DNA of 64,000 nt from positions 929,043 through 993,042 of the forward strand of contig CAVWEY010000002.1 in assembly GCA_963754135.1 (NCBI GenBank). The letters run 5' to 3'. The stretch comes from an uncultured Planctomycetaceae bacterium. GTDB taxonomy: Bacteria > Planctomycetota > Planctomycetia > Pirellulales > Thermoguttaceae. The notes below the pieces were generated by a model, which saw only the letters and a program-made list of their open reading frames with translations, searched no databases and had not been told where the DNA came from. Positions 37,774-50,846 of this stretch are shown piece by piece. Both the position numbers and the translations under genes were made by a program. Position 1 is the stretch's first letter, and each line of letters begins with the position of its first letter.

Positions 37774-39754
37774 AAAGTGGCTGCTCTTGCGGTTTCGCAG
37801 CGGCGGCCAGTCCGTTGGTGGCACGCCCGCGTGATCCCGGCGGCGTCCAGCCCCAAGTCGGCCAGGAGTTCGTTGCGGGTGCCGTGCTCGATGAATTGAT
37901 CGGGGATGCCGAGACGGCGGACGTGGCCGGCATCCAGTCCGGCCTCGGCGGCGGCCTCCAAGACCGCGCTGCCGAACCCGCCCATCAACACGCCCTCCTC
38001 GACGGTGACCACCAGCGGACATTCCCGCACGGCCCGGAGGATCGTCGCCGTGTCCAGCGGCTTGACGAAACGGGCGTTGATCAGGCCGAAATCAAGCCCG
38101 TCTGCCGCCAGCCGGTCGGCGGCCGCGACGCACGCCGCCAGCAGCGTGCCGCAGGCAATGAACATTCCGTCGGCGCCCCAGTGCAGCACTTCGGCCCTGC
38201 CCAATTGTATGGTTTGCATCCCACCCTGGCCCCAGTCAGCCGAGTTGGACCGGTCCGACCGGTCTGACCTGTCGGTGGCGGCGCTGGCGGCCGGCCGGTC
38301 GACCGCCTCGGCGGCGGTCTTGGGATAGCGGATGGCCACCGGGCCGTCATGGTGCAAGGCCCACTGGACCATCCCCGCCACGTCCAGGGCATCGCCGGGG
38401 GCCATCACCACCAGGTTCGGCAGCGGCCGCAAATAGGCCAGATCGAACACGCCGTGGTGCGTCGGTCCGTCAGGGCCGACCAGACCGGCACGGTCCAGCA
38501 GCAGCACGACCGGCAGATTCTGCAACGAAACCTCCTGGAACAACTGGTCGTAGCTCCGCTGGAGGAAGGTGCTGTAGATGTCGACAACCGGGCGGAGTCC
38601 GGCCTTGGCCAGCCCCGCGGCGAAGGCCACCGCGTGCGATTCGCAGATGCCCACGTCGAAGAACCGCTCGGGAAACTCCTCGCGAACCGGTTCGAGCATG
38701 GTGCCTTGGCACATGGCGGCGGTGATGGCCAGGACCCTCGGGTCGGCCCGCATCTCGGCCAACACGGCGTCGCGGACCAACTGGGTGTAGGAGGGCCGGC
38801 CGGCGGACCGCTTCACGGGCACGACCGAGCCGTTCTCGCGCTGGAAGGGGGCCGGGGCGTGGAAGGTGGTGGGGTCTTCGGCGGCGGGCGGAAAGCCGTG
38901 CCCCTTCTCCGTCACCACGTGCAGCAACACCGGTCCCTCGACCTGCCGGACCATGCCCAGATACTTCTGCAACTGGCGGATGTTGTGGCCGTCGACCGGC
39001 CCGATATAGCGGAAGCCCAGGTCCTCGAAGAACATCCCGCCCAGCAGGCCGGCCTTCAGGGCGTCCTTCACCTGAGTAATGAACCGCTCGACCGGATCGC
39101 CGATCACCGGCACGCGGTTGAGCAGTTTCTGGACTTCGAGTTTCAGTCCGGTGTAGAAGTGGGCCATGCGAAGCCGGTCGAGCGTAACGGCCAGTCCGCC
39201 CACCCGCGGACAAATCGACATCTTGTTGTCGTTGAGGATGACGATCAGGCTCTTCTTCAGTCCGCCGGCGTTGTTCATGGCCTCGAACAGCGGGCCGGAG
39301 GGGAAGGCGCCGTCGCCGACCACGGCCACCACGCGGCGGTTCTCCTCGGGCCGCAGCAAATCGTCGCCGCACTTCAATCCCAGGGCCGTGCCCACGCTCG
39401 TGCCGGCGTGGCCGGTCATAAACAGGTCGAAATCGCTCTCGGCCGGATTGGGATAGCCCATCAGCCCCCCTTTCGCCCGCATCGTCTGAAACTCGTCGTA
39501 GCGGCCGGTGACCATCTTGTGGGCGTAGACCTGGTGGCCGGTGTCCCAGATCAGGCGGTCGCGGCTGAAGTCGAAGGTGGTGTGCAGGGCCAGGGTCAGC
39601 TCGACCACGCCCAGGTTCGAGGCGAAATGGGCGGTTCGCGTCGAGGCCAGCCGGCACAGCGCCTCCCGCATCTCGCCGGCCAACTGCGTAAGCTCCGCTT
39701 GCGAGAGCCGCTTGAGGTCCGCCGGCGAATGGATGGTCGAGAGCAGTTTGTCCA

Positions 39755-39758
<4 letters not shown>
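37770..39758 (-). CDS. dxs: 1-deoxy-D-xylulose-5-phosphate synthase
   Basis: 662 aa, intact. TPP-binding GDG(A/S) block, transketolase-like pyrimidine and C-terminal domains. 4-nt overlap with the ispA stop. Confidence 0.92.
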
Positions 39759-40714
<956 letters not shown>

Positions 40715-40783
40715 GCTCCCAACAGTTTACGCCCCCCGCTATGTCTAGTCCATAGCGACATCTCCGACGATGGATCGTAGGAT

Positions 40784-40850
40784 GGTAGGTTATGCTTCAG
40801 CATAACGGATCGCCAATCCATTGCAGTGTTATGCTGAAGCATAACCTACA
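40784..40850. repeat. REP-like pair GTTATGCTTCAGCATAAC / GTTATGCTGAAGCATAAC within a larger inverted repeat
   Basis: Between the ispA start and xseB; the second copy overlaps the xseB stop codon. Confidence 0.5.
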
Positions 40851-41193
40851 GCCCCTCGGCGTCCCCACTGGTGGGTGGCTTCTTGGTCGAGCCTCGCCGC
40901 CCGCGGCGATTGCCAGGCTCGCCCTGGTCGATCGTGGCCATATCCTCCAGCGGCTCGGTGATGGGGTTGCCCTCGGCGTCGATGCCGCTGAGGAGTTCGA
41001 TCCGCCGCTCCGCCCGCTGAAGCAGTTCATAGGACTGCCGCAGCAGCTTGACCCCTTCCTCGTACCGCTCCAACGCCTCGTTGAGCCCGACGTTTCCCTC
41101 TTCCAGCGAGTGGACAATCTCTTCCAGCCGCTTCAGGGCGCCCTCGAAACCGGGCTGGTCCGGCGTCGGATCGTGAGTTGGTTTGTCGGCCAT
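40846..41193 (-). CDS. xseB: exodeoxyribonuclease VII small subunit
   Basis: 115 aa; FEGALKRLEEIVHSLEEGNVGLNEALERYEEGVKLLRQSYELLQRAERRIELL matches XseB. Conserved xseB-ispA-dxs order. Confidence 0.8.
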   Translation of the reverse strand: MADKPTHDPTPDQPGFEGALKRLEEIVHSLEEGNVGLNEALERYEEGVKLLRQSYELLQRAERRIELLSGIDAEGNPITEPLEDMATIDQGEPGNRRGRRGSTKKPPTSGDAEGL

Positions 41194-41238
41194 GCCCAGA
41201 GATTACCCCACGGTGCCCGAGCCGGCAAGTAGCCGTCG

Positions 41239-42585
41239 CTATTGATCCACCCGGCGATAGACGCCGAAGTTCTGCTCGGCGAGTGTCTTCAGGAACGTGT
41301 CCAGCGGCCCGCCGGGCTGCCCGGGGGCAATGCCGATCGTGTAGATGGACAGCCGGCGGGTGCGGTTAGCTTGAGTGACGGCGGCTATGATCGGCGCGGG
41401 CAGGGGAATCGTGCCCGCGTTCGGCTCTCCGTCCGAAAGGAAATAGATCGCCTCGGCGTCGAAGTGGAAGGCCGCCTCCAGGGCGTCGTAGGCCGCCGTC
41501 TCGCCGCCGGGGCGGAGTCCGTAAACGAAGCGGTCTGCGGCCCGTTGGGTTTCGAGAGTCGCGGCCACGAGCTTCTTCCGCCAGACCGTGGTTTGATTGC
41601 TGAAGGCAACCACGTTGAAGGCCGACTCGCCCGGCAGGCCGTCGATCGCCTGCATCAATTCGCGTTTCGCAACCGCCAGCCGCGGGCCGGCCATGCTCCC
41701 CGAGACGTCGATCACAAAAACCATTCGCCGTGCCTGAATCGCCAATCCGTAAAAGGACGGCACGCCCGGCGAAGCCTTGGCGGCGGGCGATCCGGCCTCC
41801 AGCCGCGGGAACTCAAAGTGCTCCTTATGCGTCTCCCACCAATGTTGCCAGTCCTTGGTGTCCGTGCCGTGCCATTGGCCGGAGAGGGCGGCCGGATGCC
41901 GGAGCGCATCGCCGCGGACCTCTCCGTCCAGCTTGGGCAGCAGCGCAATGAGGGCCTCGACAGCCTCCGGCAAGCGGACGGCTACCATTGCCTGGACCAC
42001 GGCCCGGCGACAGGCGAACGTCTCCGAGAAGCACTTCAGCTTGGTCATCTTCCGCAGCGAGGCGAGCGATTGCCGGTCGCCCATCGCGCCCAACTCGTCG
42101 GCCGCGGCCAGCACCGTGGCGAGGCCCTCCGGCGAGCCGGGCACGATCACGTCCAGCAATTTGCCGAGGCCCTGCTGCACCTCCGGCACTTGGGAGTCTA
42201 GGAGGATGGCCACCAAGGGAACGGCGCAAGACGGGCCTTTGCCCCCCTTCGCCCGTGTCGCCTTGTTGAGCGCCTTCAAGAGAAAAGGGGCGACCTGCGG
42301 GTCATCCTTCCATGCCAAGAGGGTCTTGTACGCGGCGCGGCGGACTTCCGGCGCGGAGTCGACCAACCCCAGAGGCACGATCACCCGCGCGGCGTCCACG
42401 CCGGACAAGTCCCGCAACCGCTCGATTCCCTCGACCCGCTGGGCGACGATCGGGCTGCGGATCTGCCGCTGCGCGATGCGGAGTTCCGACGCCTCGCCCC
42501 GGTTGCCGTCGGCGGCCGCCGCAGCGGCCGGCCCGCCGCCGCAGACGAGCATCATCGCCAGAAAGACAAGCTGCGAGTGCCGCAT
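41239..42585 (-). CDS. secreted von Willebrand factor A (vWA) domain protein with N-terminal HEAT-like repeats
   Basis: Signal peptide [17 protein letters not shown]. vWA MIDAS blocks [12 protein letters not shown] ... [10 protein letters not shown] ... [10 protein letters not shown]. Confidence 0.6.
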   Translation of the reverse strand: MRHSQLVFLAMMLVCGGGPAAAAAADGNRGEASELRIAQRQIRSPIVAQRVEGIERLRDLSGVDAARVIVPLGLVDSAPEVRRAAYKTLLAWKDDPQVAPFLLKALNKATRAKGGKGPSCAVPLVAILLDSQVPEVQQGLGKLLDVIVPGSPEGLATVLAAADELGAMGDRQSLASLRKMTKLKCFSETFACRRAVVQAMVAVRLPEAVEALIALLPKLDGEVRGDALRHPAALSGQWHGTDTKDWQHWWETHKEHFEFPRLEAGSPAAKASPGVPSFYGLAIQARRMVFVIDVSGSMAGPRLAVAKRELMQAIDGLPGESAFNVVAFSNQTTVWRKKLVAATLETQRAADRFVYGLRPGGETAAYDALEAAFHFDAEAIYFLSDGEPNAGTIPLPAPIIAAVTQANRTRRLSIYTIGIAPGQPGGPLDTFLKTLAEQNFGVYRRVDQ

Positions 42586-42600
42586 GGCTGTCCCTCCCAA

Positions 42601-44157
42601 TCATTCCCACTCGATCGTCGCCGGCGGCTTGCTGCTGATGTCGTACACCACGCGATTGACGCCTTTGACCTCGTTGATGATGCGGGTCGAGATGCGGGCC
42701 AGCAGTTCGTAGGGCAGGTGGCTCCAATCGGCGGTCATGAAGTCCTCGGTGTCGATCGAGCGGACGGCCACGACGTCGGCGTAGGTGCGGGCGTCGCCCA
42801 TCACGCCCACCGATCTGCACCGGCAGCAGCACGGCGAAGGCCTGGGCGGTCTTGCGGTACAGCCCGGCCCGCTTGATCTCGTCCACCACGATGGCGTCGG
42901 CCTCGCGGAGCACGTCGAGCCGCTCTTGGGTCACCTCGCCCACGCAGCGGACGGCCAGGCCGGGCCCGGGGAACGGGATGCCGCCAGACGATGTCTTCCG
43001 GCAGGCCCAACTGCCCTGCCCAACGCGCGGACCTCGTCCTTGAACAGGTCGCGGAGCGGCTCGATCAGCTCGAAGGCCAAGTCCTCGGGCAGTCCGCCCA
43101 CGTTGTGGTGCAGCTTGATCGTGGCGGCCGGGCCGTCGCGGGCGCCGCCGCTCTCGATCACGTCGGGATAGAGCGTGCCCTGGGCGAGGAAGCGGGCGCC
43201 TTCGATCTTCGCCGCCTCGGCGGCGAAGCACTCGATGAAGGCGTGGCCGATCCGCCGCCGCTTCTCTTGCGGATCGACCGCCCCGGCCAGCGCCGCCAGG
43301 AACTTCTCTTCCGCCTTGACCACGTGCAGGTCGGTCTTGAAGTGACTCGTGAACTCGGCAATCACCGACTCTTCCTCGTCCTTGCGCAGCAGGCCGTTAT
43401 CGACCAGGATGCAGGAAAGCTGCGGGCCGATGGCCTGGGCCAACAGGGCGGCGACCACGGACGAATCGACGCCGCCGCGACAGCCCGCAGATCACCCGGC
43501 CGTCGCCCACGCGGCGGCGGAGCGCCGCGACCGTTTCGCGGGCGAAATCGCCCAGCTTGCCACGTCCCCGTGCAGCCGCAGACCGTCTGGAGGAAGTTGC
43601 CCAGGATCTTCGCGCCCTCGGGCGTGTGGGTGACCTCGGGGTGGAACTGCAAGCCGTAGATCGGCAGCTGGCGGTGTTTCACCGCCGCCACCGGGCAGGT
43701 GTCCGTGGCCGCCAGCGGCTGGAAATCGGCCGAAGCTGCCGACACCTGGTCGCCGTGGCTCATCCAGACGTCGATCTGCCGGGGAACGCCGGCGAACAGC
43801 TCGTCCGGCTCGACGACGCGGCAACTGGCCCGGCCGTACTCGCGGGCGGCGTGCCCCTCGACCTGCCCGCCGAGGGCCTGGCAGGCCAGGTGCAGCCCGT
43901 AGCAGATGCCCAGCACGGGCACGCCGAGGCGGAAGATTTCCGGGTCGCACTTGCGGCGCCCCCGGCTCGTAGACGCTGGCCGGCCCGCCGGAGAGGATGA
44001 TCCCCTTCGGGGCCAGCTCGCGGATCCGCTGGGCCGTGATGTTGTGCCGGACGATCTCGCAGTAGACGTGCTGCTGGCGGACTCGCCGGGCGATCAGTTG
44101 CGCGTACTGCGAGCCGAAATCCAGCACCAGGACCTTTTCGTCGGCAACCCGCTTCAT
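42601..44157 (-). CDS. guaA: GMP synthase (glutamine-hydrolysing), fragmented over at least 5 frame segments
   Basis: GATase segment (ORF 43492..44157, [19 protein letters not shown]), then 43362..43922 (PVLGICYG...HPEV), 42931..43458 (ATP-PPase), 42302..43231 fragment, C-terminus 42601..42810 (...[18 protein letters not shown]). Confidence 0.8.
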
Positions 44158-44314
44158 CGCCCACCCTCTGGGGGAAACCCCGGATTATAGACGCCGCCGG
44201 GCGGCACGTTCGGAGCCCTAGCCAGGGGTGCTTGCCGATGCTAACTGTATGCTCAATCGGTCTGCGTCCATTGTCACATCCCCTTCGTAGGCAGACTGGA
44301 TATGATTCAAACAC

Positions 44315-45110
44315 ATGCTGATCCTGCTGACCAACGACGACGGAATTTACGCCCCCGGGCTGGCGGCCTTCGAACAGGAGTTGCGCGACTTGGGCGAGGT
44401 CGTGGTGGTCGCGCCCGGCCACCGAGCAGAGCGGCGTGGGCCATTCGATCACCTACCTGACGCCGCTGATCGTCAAGGAGGTTTTCGCAACGAGGCCGCC
44501 ACGGGCGACCCGCTGGGGTTGGGCCGTCGAAGGCAGCCCCGCCGATTGCGTGAAACTCGGCATCCAGCAGTTCTGCCCCCGCCGCCGGACCTGGTGGTCA
44601 GCGGCATCAACAGCGGGCTGAACGCCGGGATCAACGTGCTCTACTCGGGCACGGTGGCGGCGGCCATCGAAGGGGCCTTTTTCGGCATCACCAGCGTGGC
44701 CGTCTCGCTGGAGTTCGACGAGCACGCCCGCTTCGACAAGGCCGCCCGGCTGGCCCGCCAGATCATCCGCAGAGTCCTGGACCAAAAAGGCCCCGAGCCG
44801 CAGCTCTACAACTTGAACATCCCCACGGCCGCGCTGGGCGGCACGCCGGAAGTCTGCGTCGTGCCGATGAACGTCACCCGCTACGGCGACCGCTTCGAGA
44901 AGCGGACCGATCCCTGGGGCCGCGACTACTACTGGCTGACCGGCGGCCCGCCCGGGCCGCCGCCCGGACAGGAAACCGACCTCTCCGGCCCTGGCCAAGG
45001 GAAAAGTGACGATCACGCCGCTCGATTACAACTTGACCCGGCAGGCGGTGCTGGCCGAGATGGAGCAATGGCAGTTCCAACTGCCGGGGGCGGCTGCCGA
45101 GCCGTCGGCC
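44315..45110 (+). CDS. surE: 5'/3'-nucleotidase SurE, fragmented over about 4 frame segments
   Basis: [16 protein letters not shown] (ORF 44315..), [10 protein letters not shown] (ORF 44436..44621), [32 protein letters not shown]-terminus [11 protein letters not shown] (ORF 45006..). Confidence 0.7.
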
Positions 45111-45175
45111 GGCCCCTCCAAGACGTTCACCCCGGACGTGCGGATCGTACACAAGAAGAAGAAAGGAGGGTGCGC

Positions 45176-45625
45176 GATGAACCGGTTCCTGCTGTTTGGA
45201 TTGACCGTTGCCGTGCTCGTCGGTTGCAGTGCTCAAGAGTCGGCTCGGCCAGCGGCGCCGCCGCAGCCGGTGGCCAAGGCTCCGCCGCCTCCTCCTCCGC
45301 CGCCGCCTCCGTCGCTGGAAAAACCGCCCGAGCCCGCCCGCGAGAAAGCCGCGGTGGGCGTGGGCGAAAAGGGCCGCGGCTATCGCGAAATCTACCCCGC
45401 GGCCACCTATTGGGCCATCGGCGAGAAGATCACTTTCGAGATCCTCATTCCCAAGGCGATGCAGCTTTTCAAGGCCACCGAAGGCCGGGCCCGAAGGACC
45501 ACGAGGAGTTCATGCAGCGGATCATCAAGGAGAACATGATCAAACTGCCCGACTTGCCCCCCGGCGACCGCTACGTGTACGATCCGAAGCGGGAGGAGTT
45601 GATGGTCGAACACACCGGGCCGTAA
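45176..45625 (+). CDS. Pro-rich lipoprotein, unknown function (frame change near 45.49 kb)
   Basis: Lipobox LTVAVLVGC, poly-Pro stretch. C-terminal ...EEFMQRIIKENMIKLPDLPPGDRYVYDPKREELMVEHTGP is in the frame of ORF 44315..45625. Confidence 0.4.
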   Translation, partial: DEPVPAVWIDRCRARRLQCSRVGSASGAAAAGGQGSAASSSAAASVAGKTARARPRESRGGRGRKGPRLSRNLPRGHLLGHRREDHFRDPHSQGDAAFQGHRRPGPKDHEEFMQRIIKENMIKLPDLPPGDRYVYDPKREELMVEHTGP

Positions 45626-45631
45626 CAGAAA

Positions 45632-46690
45632 CTAGTTTGGATGCAGGTCGATAGGCTCGCCGTCCGCCATGCTGCCCAGCAGTGCGAAGACGTTGGGATC
45701 GATCGACGTGGAAAGGAATTCGACCGAGCCGTCGGCCAGGCCGAAGTTGACGCCGCCGGGATGGTCGCTGCCCGGCGAGCCGAAGAAACCATTGTTCATC
45801 AGCGAGCCGGCGGCCGGCGGGGCCACGTTGAGAAGCGTTGTGCCGCTTCGGGCGAACATCGCGCCGGTGGTGAAGAGCGTGGCCGGGCCGCCGATCGCCC
45901 AGCCGTCCTTGCTGGCGGGCGTCAAGTCGGTGATCCGCTGAAGCTCGCCGGTCATGATCGTGTTCGAGAGGCCGTCGCGGATTTCGCCGAAGGTTGTGCC
46001 CCGCCGGCCATAACCCTCCTTTTGGCCCACCCGCCCGAAGATGCCCCAACGAGCCTTCTCGGTGTCGTCCGCCTTCTGGCCGCGGTCAATCGGGCAGGAA
46101 GTCCGGCTGGTAGTGCATCGAGGCGTCGCAGAGGTTGTAGCCGGTCTGAAGGGTGAAGGCCGCGTGGCGACCGGCACAGCCCCCATAGTCGGTCCCGCCG
46201 CCGGTCCAGGCGGAGGAAAGCATCATCGCCTTGTCGCCTGGCCGAACCCCGCTCCGCCGGGCCGGACAATAGAACTCCTTGACGTCCGCGTTTGCGAGCG
46301 CGTAGTTGCTGTAAGTCCCGAACGGCGTGCTGCTGGAAATGCCCTCGCCATAGTGCCAGTTCTTTCCCAAGGTGTTGTTCTCGATGAACGGCAGAATGTC
46401 CAGCAGGAAGCCGGTGCCCTGTGGCCCCGAGCCGGCCTGGGCTGCCTCGGCCAAGACGTCGTATTGATTGGAGGGCTGAATCGGATCGCTGGTGCAGATT
46501 GTCCCCGACGGAAGGACCTTGTTCGCCGAGCCGAAGTTGTGAATGGCCAGACCAATCTGCTTGAGATTGTTCACACAACTGGCCCGCCGCAACCTTTCGC
46601 GGGCGGCCTGGATGGCCGGCAGCCCCAGGGCTAAGAACGGGCAAGAATGGCGAGCACCGCGGCCAATTCGATCCAGGTATAGCCGCGCCG
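45632..46690 (-). CDS. DUF1559 / prepilin-type N-terminal domain protein, split over about 3 frames
   Basis: N-terminus [52 protein letters not shown]-terminus [25 protein letters not shown] in ORF 45632..46186. Confidence 0.55.
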
Positions 46691-46744
46691 GTTCATGGCT
46701 CGCCTCCGCGCCTTTCGCCCCAAAGCACGCCTTGACCGCTGTCA

Positions 46745-48480
46745 TTCTGCCACAACCGGGGTGGGTGCAAGTTGTACTTTCGCCGTTTAACCGGCGGTCT
46801 GGTAGTGCCGTTGGCCGGTGGCTCGGCTCGTTCGCTCCCGCCAGAAGGTGGTAAGCGGTTGGGTGTCGCTCAGATAGTCGGCTGCCAGTTGCAGCAGCGC
46901 ATCCGCTCCACCGTTCGACCAGAATTTTTCGGTGCCCTTGACACGCCGATTGATTTGCTTGATCGTCGATTCGATGTGGCTGCTGGTGATGGGCAGCCCT
47001 TCTCGACGGTACTCGTCGTAACGCATCCTTGGTCCTTGGTTCTCCAAATAACACAACGCATCGGCCACCTTACACCGCGGTAAATCTTCGGCCTCGTCTT
47101 TGTCCGGCTGCCCCAACTCCCGCTGACGTTCCCGCAACCCGACGAGCACCGACTCCACCTGCCCGCTCCACAACCACTGCGCCCACTGACAATAGATCGG
47201 CCACGCTTCCTCCATCGCGCGGCCTGCCATCGCGCCGGCGAACACGTAGCACAGTCCGTGGATGAAATCCACGATCGGCGTGAAATGCGAAAAGTGTCGC
47301 CGCCACACCGACCAATTGGTCTCCGAACCATCGCCCACGAACGCTTTGCGACTCGCCGCCATGAAGCCGCGCCGCCATGAAGCCGCCGCCAACTGTTTGC
47401 CGAACGCCTCGATGGGTTCGCGCGTCGCCACGACGCTTCGCGCCAACGGTTCCGGCTGGCCTCGCCGCTTTTCGGACGCCGGCGCTTCCGCCGATTCCTC
47501 GCTCGCAGGCGCCTCGCCAACCGCAGAAAAACCCTTGATTTCCCGAGAAATCTGCCCCATGCGACGCGGATCGACGAAAATCCCGGGAATCACCGGGCAA
47601 GGATCGGCCGCGGACGTTTCACTGGTCATCGACAGCAAGCATCCCACTTTCGTCTCGCGCCAGAAACGCCCCTTCCGCTTCTCCTCCGTCGGCGGCTCTT
47701 CTTCGTTCCGATTCCGAATCTGGATGCGTCCGCCGTCCATCTCGACGCACGCCACGCGCGGAACTTGCTGCCGCGGGCTGCCCTGTTGTTGCGGCAACGG
47801 CAACGTCTCCCACACCGCCTCCTCCGCCTTCCGTCCGGCCACGCGCTCCTGTCCGATTCGCTTTGTCGCCCGCGCAATCCGCTGCTGGGAGACGTCCAAC
47901 TCCGCTAGATGTTTCAAGTCTTGCTCGGCCTGCCGGAAACTATGGCTCTGCGTCCCGGCGTACACCATCTTCTCCAACACCCGAGGACTCGCCGTGTCGT
48001 CCGGCGTAATCCCCAATGCCTGCGACTGAGGGAAAAAAAGCCTTCCGAGAAGGCTTGTCGTACCCCTTGGGTTCTGGCCATGCAACCTCGCCTCGCCGAG
48101 TCTGAACCATCCGCACTTCGACCTCCCCCCCGCCCCGTCTGGACCTATCGCGGTTGTGGGAACTGCCATCGAACGCCCCTGGTCTTCCAGACTTTGACCG
48201 ATAACCTCCCGAGCCAGGAGGTCTCCGATTTCGACCCCCAAGTCTTCAATCTCCGTGAACTTGGTTCCCCAGGTCGGCGTCCCCGATGCACCGTAGACTT
48301 CTTGCCGCAATTCCTGGGCGATTGCCTTGATCCGATCGTGCAAGTTCTGGTCAATGGCCATCCCTGGCTATCTCCTTTGTCTAAGTTCCCACCACCCGGC
48401 CTCTTACCAGGCAAAATCACCCCCCCTCTGTTTAACATCAATCCGACAACTTACAAAGTGCAACTTGCACCCGACCGGGG
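46745..48480. mobile_element. IS element (about 1.74 kb) with about 30-bp imperfect terminal inverted repeats, carrying one transposase gene
   Basis: Left end CGAAAGTACAACTTGCACCCACCCCGGTTGTGG (reverse complement of 46748-46780). Right end CAAAGTGCAACTTGCACCCGACCGGGGTTGGG (48445-48478). Lies about 55 bp upstream of the DUF1559 gene start. Confidence 0.5.
46787..48361 (-). CDS. transposase, tentatively ISKra4-like (ISNCY family)
   Basis: 524 aa, intact. Blocks [12 protein letters not shown] and [25 protein letters not shown] recalled as ISKra4-type. Family assignment uncertain. Confidence 0.45.
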   Translation of the reverse strand: MAIDQNLHDRIKAIAQELRQEVYGASGTPTWGTKFTEIEDLGVEIGDLLAREVIGQSLEDQGRSMAVPTTAIGPDGAGGRSKCGWFRLGEARLHGQNPRGTTSLLGRLFFPQSQALGITPDDTASPRVLEKMVYAGTQSHSFRQAEQDLKHLAELDVSQQRIARATKRIGQERVAGRKAEEAVWETLPLPQQQGSPRQQVPRVACVEMDGGRIQIRNRNEEEPPTEEKRKGRFWRETKVGCLLSMTSETSAADPCPVIPGIFVDPRRMGQISREIKGFSAVGEAPASEESAEAPASEKRRGQPEPLARSVVATREPIEAFGKQLAAASWRRGFMAASRKAFVGDGSETNWSVWRRHFSHFTPIVDFIHGLCYVFAGAMAGRAMEEAWPIYCQWAQWLWSGQVESVLVGLRERQRELGQPDKDEAEDLPRCKVADALCYLENQGPRMRYDEYRREGLPITSSHIESTIKQINRRVKGTEKFWSNGGADALLQLAADYLSDTQPLTTFWRERTSRATGQRHYQTAG

Positions 48481-48604
48481 TTGGGCGTCCAGACTGCTCT
48501 TGTCGATCCGGCGGCAATGACATAAGCTAGGACGTTCTCGTCCGCCCTATCTCAAAGGGGGGCGGGTCAGGGAAGACCGTATCGAACGCCTGGAAAGGGA
48601 TGCC

Positions 48605-50797
48605 ATGAGTTCGGTTCAGAAGCAGTCCGTCGCGCCGGATGAGGCGTACGATGATGCCGCGGGGACCGCCCCGGGAGAAGCCCCGGAGGCCGGCAAGCCG
48701 CTGGCCGCGCCGGTCCGCCGGGCGATCCACCGGACCCGGCAATGGCTCTTGAACCGGCAGGACGCCGACGGCTCCTGGTGCGCCGAACTGGAGGGCGACA
48801 CGATCCTGGAGAGCGAGACGATCCTGCTGTTGGCGTTCCTGGGCCACGAGGATCGCGAGCTGGCCCGGCGCTTTGGCGGCCTATCTGGTCGAGAAGCAGC
48901 TTCCCGACGGCGGCTGGGCGATGTATCCCGGCGGGGCGGTCGAGATCAGCGGCAGCGTGAAGGCCTATTTCGCCCTGAAGCTGACCGGCCACGACCCGAG
49001 CGCCGAGTACATGCGGCGGGCCCGCGGCGGCCATCCTGGCCCACGGCGGGGCCGACGCCGTCAACAGCTTCACGCGCTTTTATCTGGCCCTGCTGGGCCA
49101 AATCTCCTATGAGCAATGCCCGGCCGTGCCGCCGGAAATCGTGCTGCTGCCCAAGTGGTTCCCGGTCAATCTCTACGCCGTCAGCGCCTGGTCGCGGACG
49201 ATCATCGTGCCGCTGTCGATCATCTCGGCGCTGCGGCCGGTCCGCCGGCATCGAGCCGCGGCTGGGCATCCGCGAGCTGTTCCTGCGCGAGCCGGAGGAT
49301 TGGCCGCCGCTGCGGTGTCCGGGGTTGGCGCGGCGGGACGCGGCCTGCTTGAGTTGGGACCGTTTCTTCCGCACGATCGACCGGCTGCTGAAGTGGTGCC
49401 AGCGGCGGCGGCTGTTGCCGCTGCGGCGAAGGCCCTGGCGGCCGCCGAGCGGTGGATGCTCGCCCGCTTCGACCGCAGCGACGGCCTGGGCGCGATCTAT
49501 CCGCCCATGGTCTGGAGCATCATCGCCCTGAAGTGCCTGGGCTATCCCGACGACAGCCCCGAGATTGCAATACTGCCACCAGGAATTGCGGAAGACCTGG
49601 CGTTGACGACGAGCAGTCGGGCACGGCCCGGCTCCAGCCCTGCAAGTCGCCCGTGTGGGACACGGCGATTGCCGTCCGGGCGCTGGCGGCCGAGCGGCGT
49701 GCGGCCGGAGAATCCCGGCCATGCGCGAGGCGGTCGCGCTGGCTGCTGGACCGGCAGATCACACCGCCGGGGCGATTGGGCGGAGACCGTCGCCGCCGAG
49801 CCGGGCGGCTGGTGCTTCGAGTACGCCAACGATTTCTATCCCGACTGCGACGACACGGCGATGGTGCTGATGGCCCTGCAGACGCAGTTCGTCCGGCCCG
49901 CCGCCGACGCGCCCGATTGCGGCCTGAGCTGCGCGAGCTCGGCAAGCCTCGAGCGCGCTGGCGGCGGCGTCGGCCGCCGAGCGACGCGGGAAGCACATGC
50001 AGCGGACGACGCATCGCACGGCCGAGTTGGAGGACACCGTGCCGGCAGTCGAGCGGGGGCTGCGCTGGCTCCTGGCCATGCAGAACCGCGACGGCGGCTG
50101 GGGGGCGTTCGACCGGAACAACGACCGCGAGTTCCTCTGCCACGTCCCCTTCGCCGACCACAACGCCATGATCGACCCGAGCACGCCCGACCTGGCCGGC
50201 CGCGTGCTGGAGGCGCTCGGGCAATTGGGCCGCCGGCTGGGCGATCCGGCGGTGGACCGGGCCGTGGCCTACGTCCGCCGCACGCAGAACCCCGACGGAA
50301 GCTGGTTCGGCCGCTGGGGCGTCAACTACATCTACGGCACCTGGCAGGCGATTACCGGCCTGGCGGCCGTCGGCGTCCCCACCGACGATCCGGCGGTGGT
50401 GGCGGGGGCCAACTGGCTGTTGGTCCATCAGCAGCCCAGCGGCGGCTGGGGCGAGTCGCCCGAAAGCTACGAGTCGCCGCACCTTCGCGGCCAAGGCCCG
50501 CCGACGGCCTCGCAAACCGCCTGGGCGCTGTTGGGCCTGCTGGCCGCCGGCATGGAGGGCCACCCGGCCGTCACCCGCGGCGTCCGCTACCTCCTGGCCA
50601 TGCAAAACGAGGACGGCACGTGGGACGAGCCGCAGTTCACCGGCACCGGCTTCCCGCGGGTATTCTACCTGCGATACCACTATTATCCGATCTACTTTCC
50701 GTTGATGGCATTGTCGCTGTGGGCGGTGAAGGCCGACACGGCAATGTCGAATGACGAAACCCAAATGACGAAGGAATGTCAAATGACGAATGTCTGA
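48605..50797 (+). CDS. shc: squalene-hopene cyclase, fragmented over at least 4 frame segments, with a repeat-encoded C-terminal extension
   Basis: QW and terpene-cyclase repeats across ORFs 48605.., 48873.., 49126.., 49452.. and 49997..50797 (DGGWG..., GSWFGRWGVNYIYGTW, QQPSGGWGE, DTAMV...). Confidence 0.8.
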
Positions 50798-50841
50798 ATG
50801 ACGGCCGTTCGTCATTTGAATTTCGTCATTCGTCATTCATT
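50745..50841. repeat. (A)AATGACGAA nonamer array followed by inverted TTCGTCATT copies (hairpin-capable), overlapping the shc 3' end and stop
   Basis: ATGTCGAATGACGAAACCCAAATGACGAAGGAATGTCAAATGACGAATGTCTGAATGACGG ccg TTCGTCATTTGAATTTCGTCATTCGTCATTCATT; encodes ...MSNDETQMTKECQMTNV*. Confidence 0.6.
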
Positions 50842-50846
50842 ACCCC

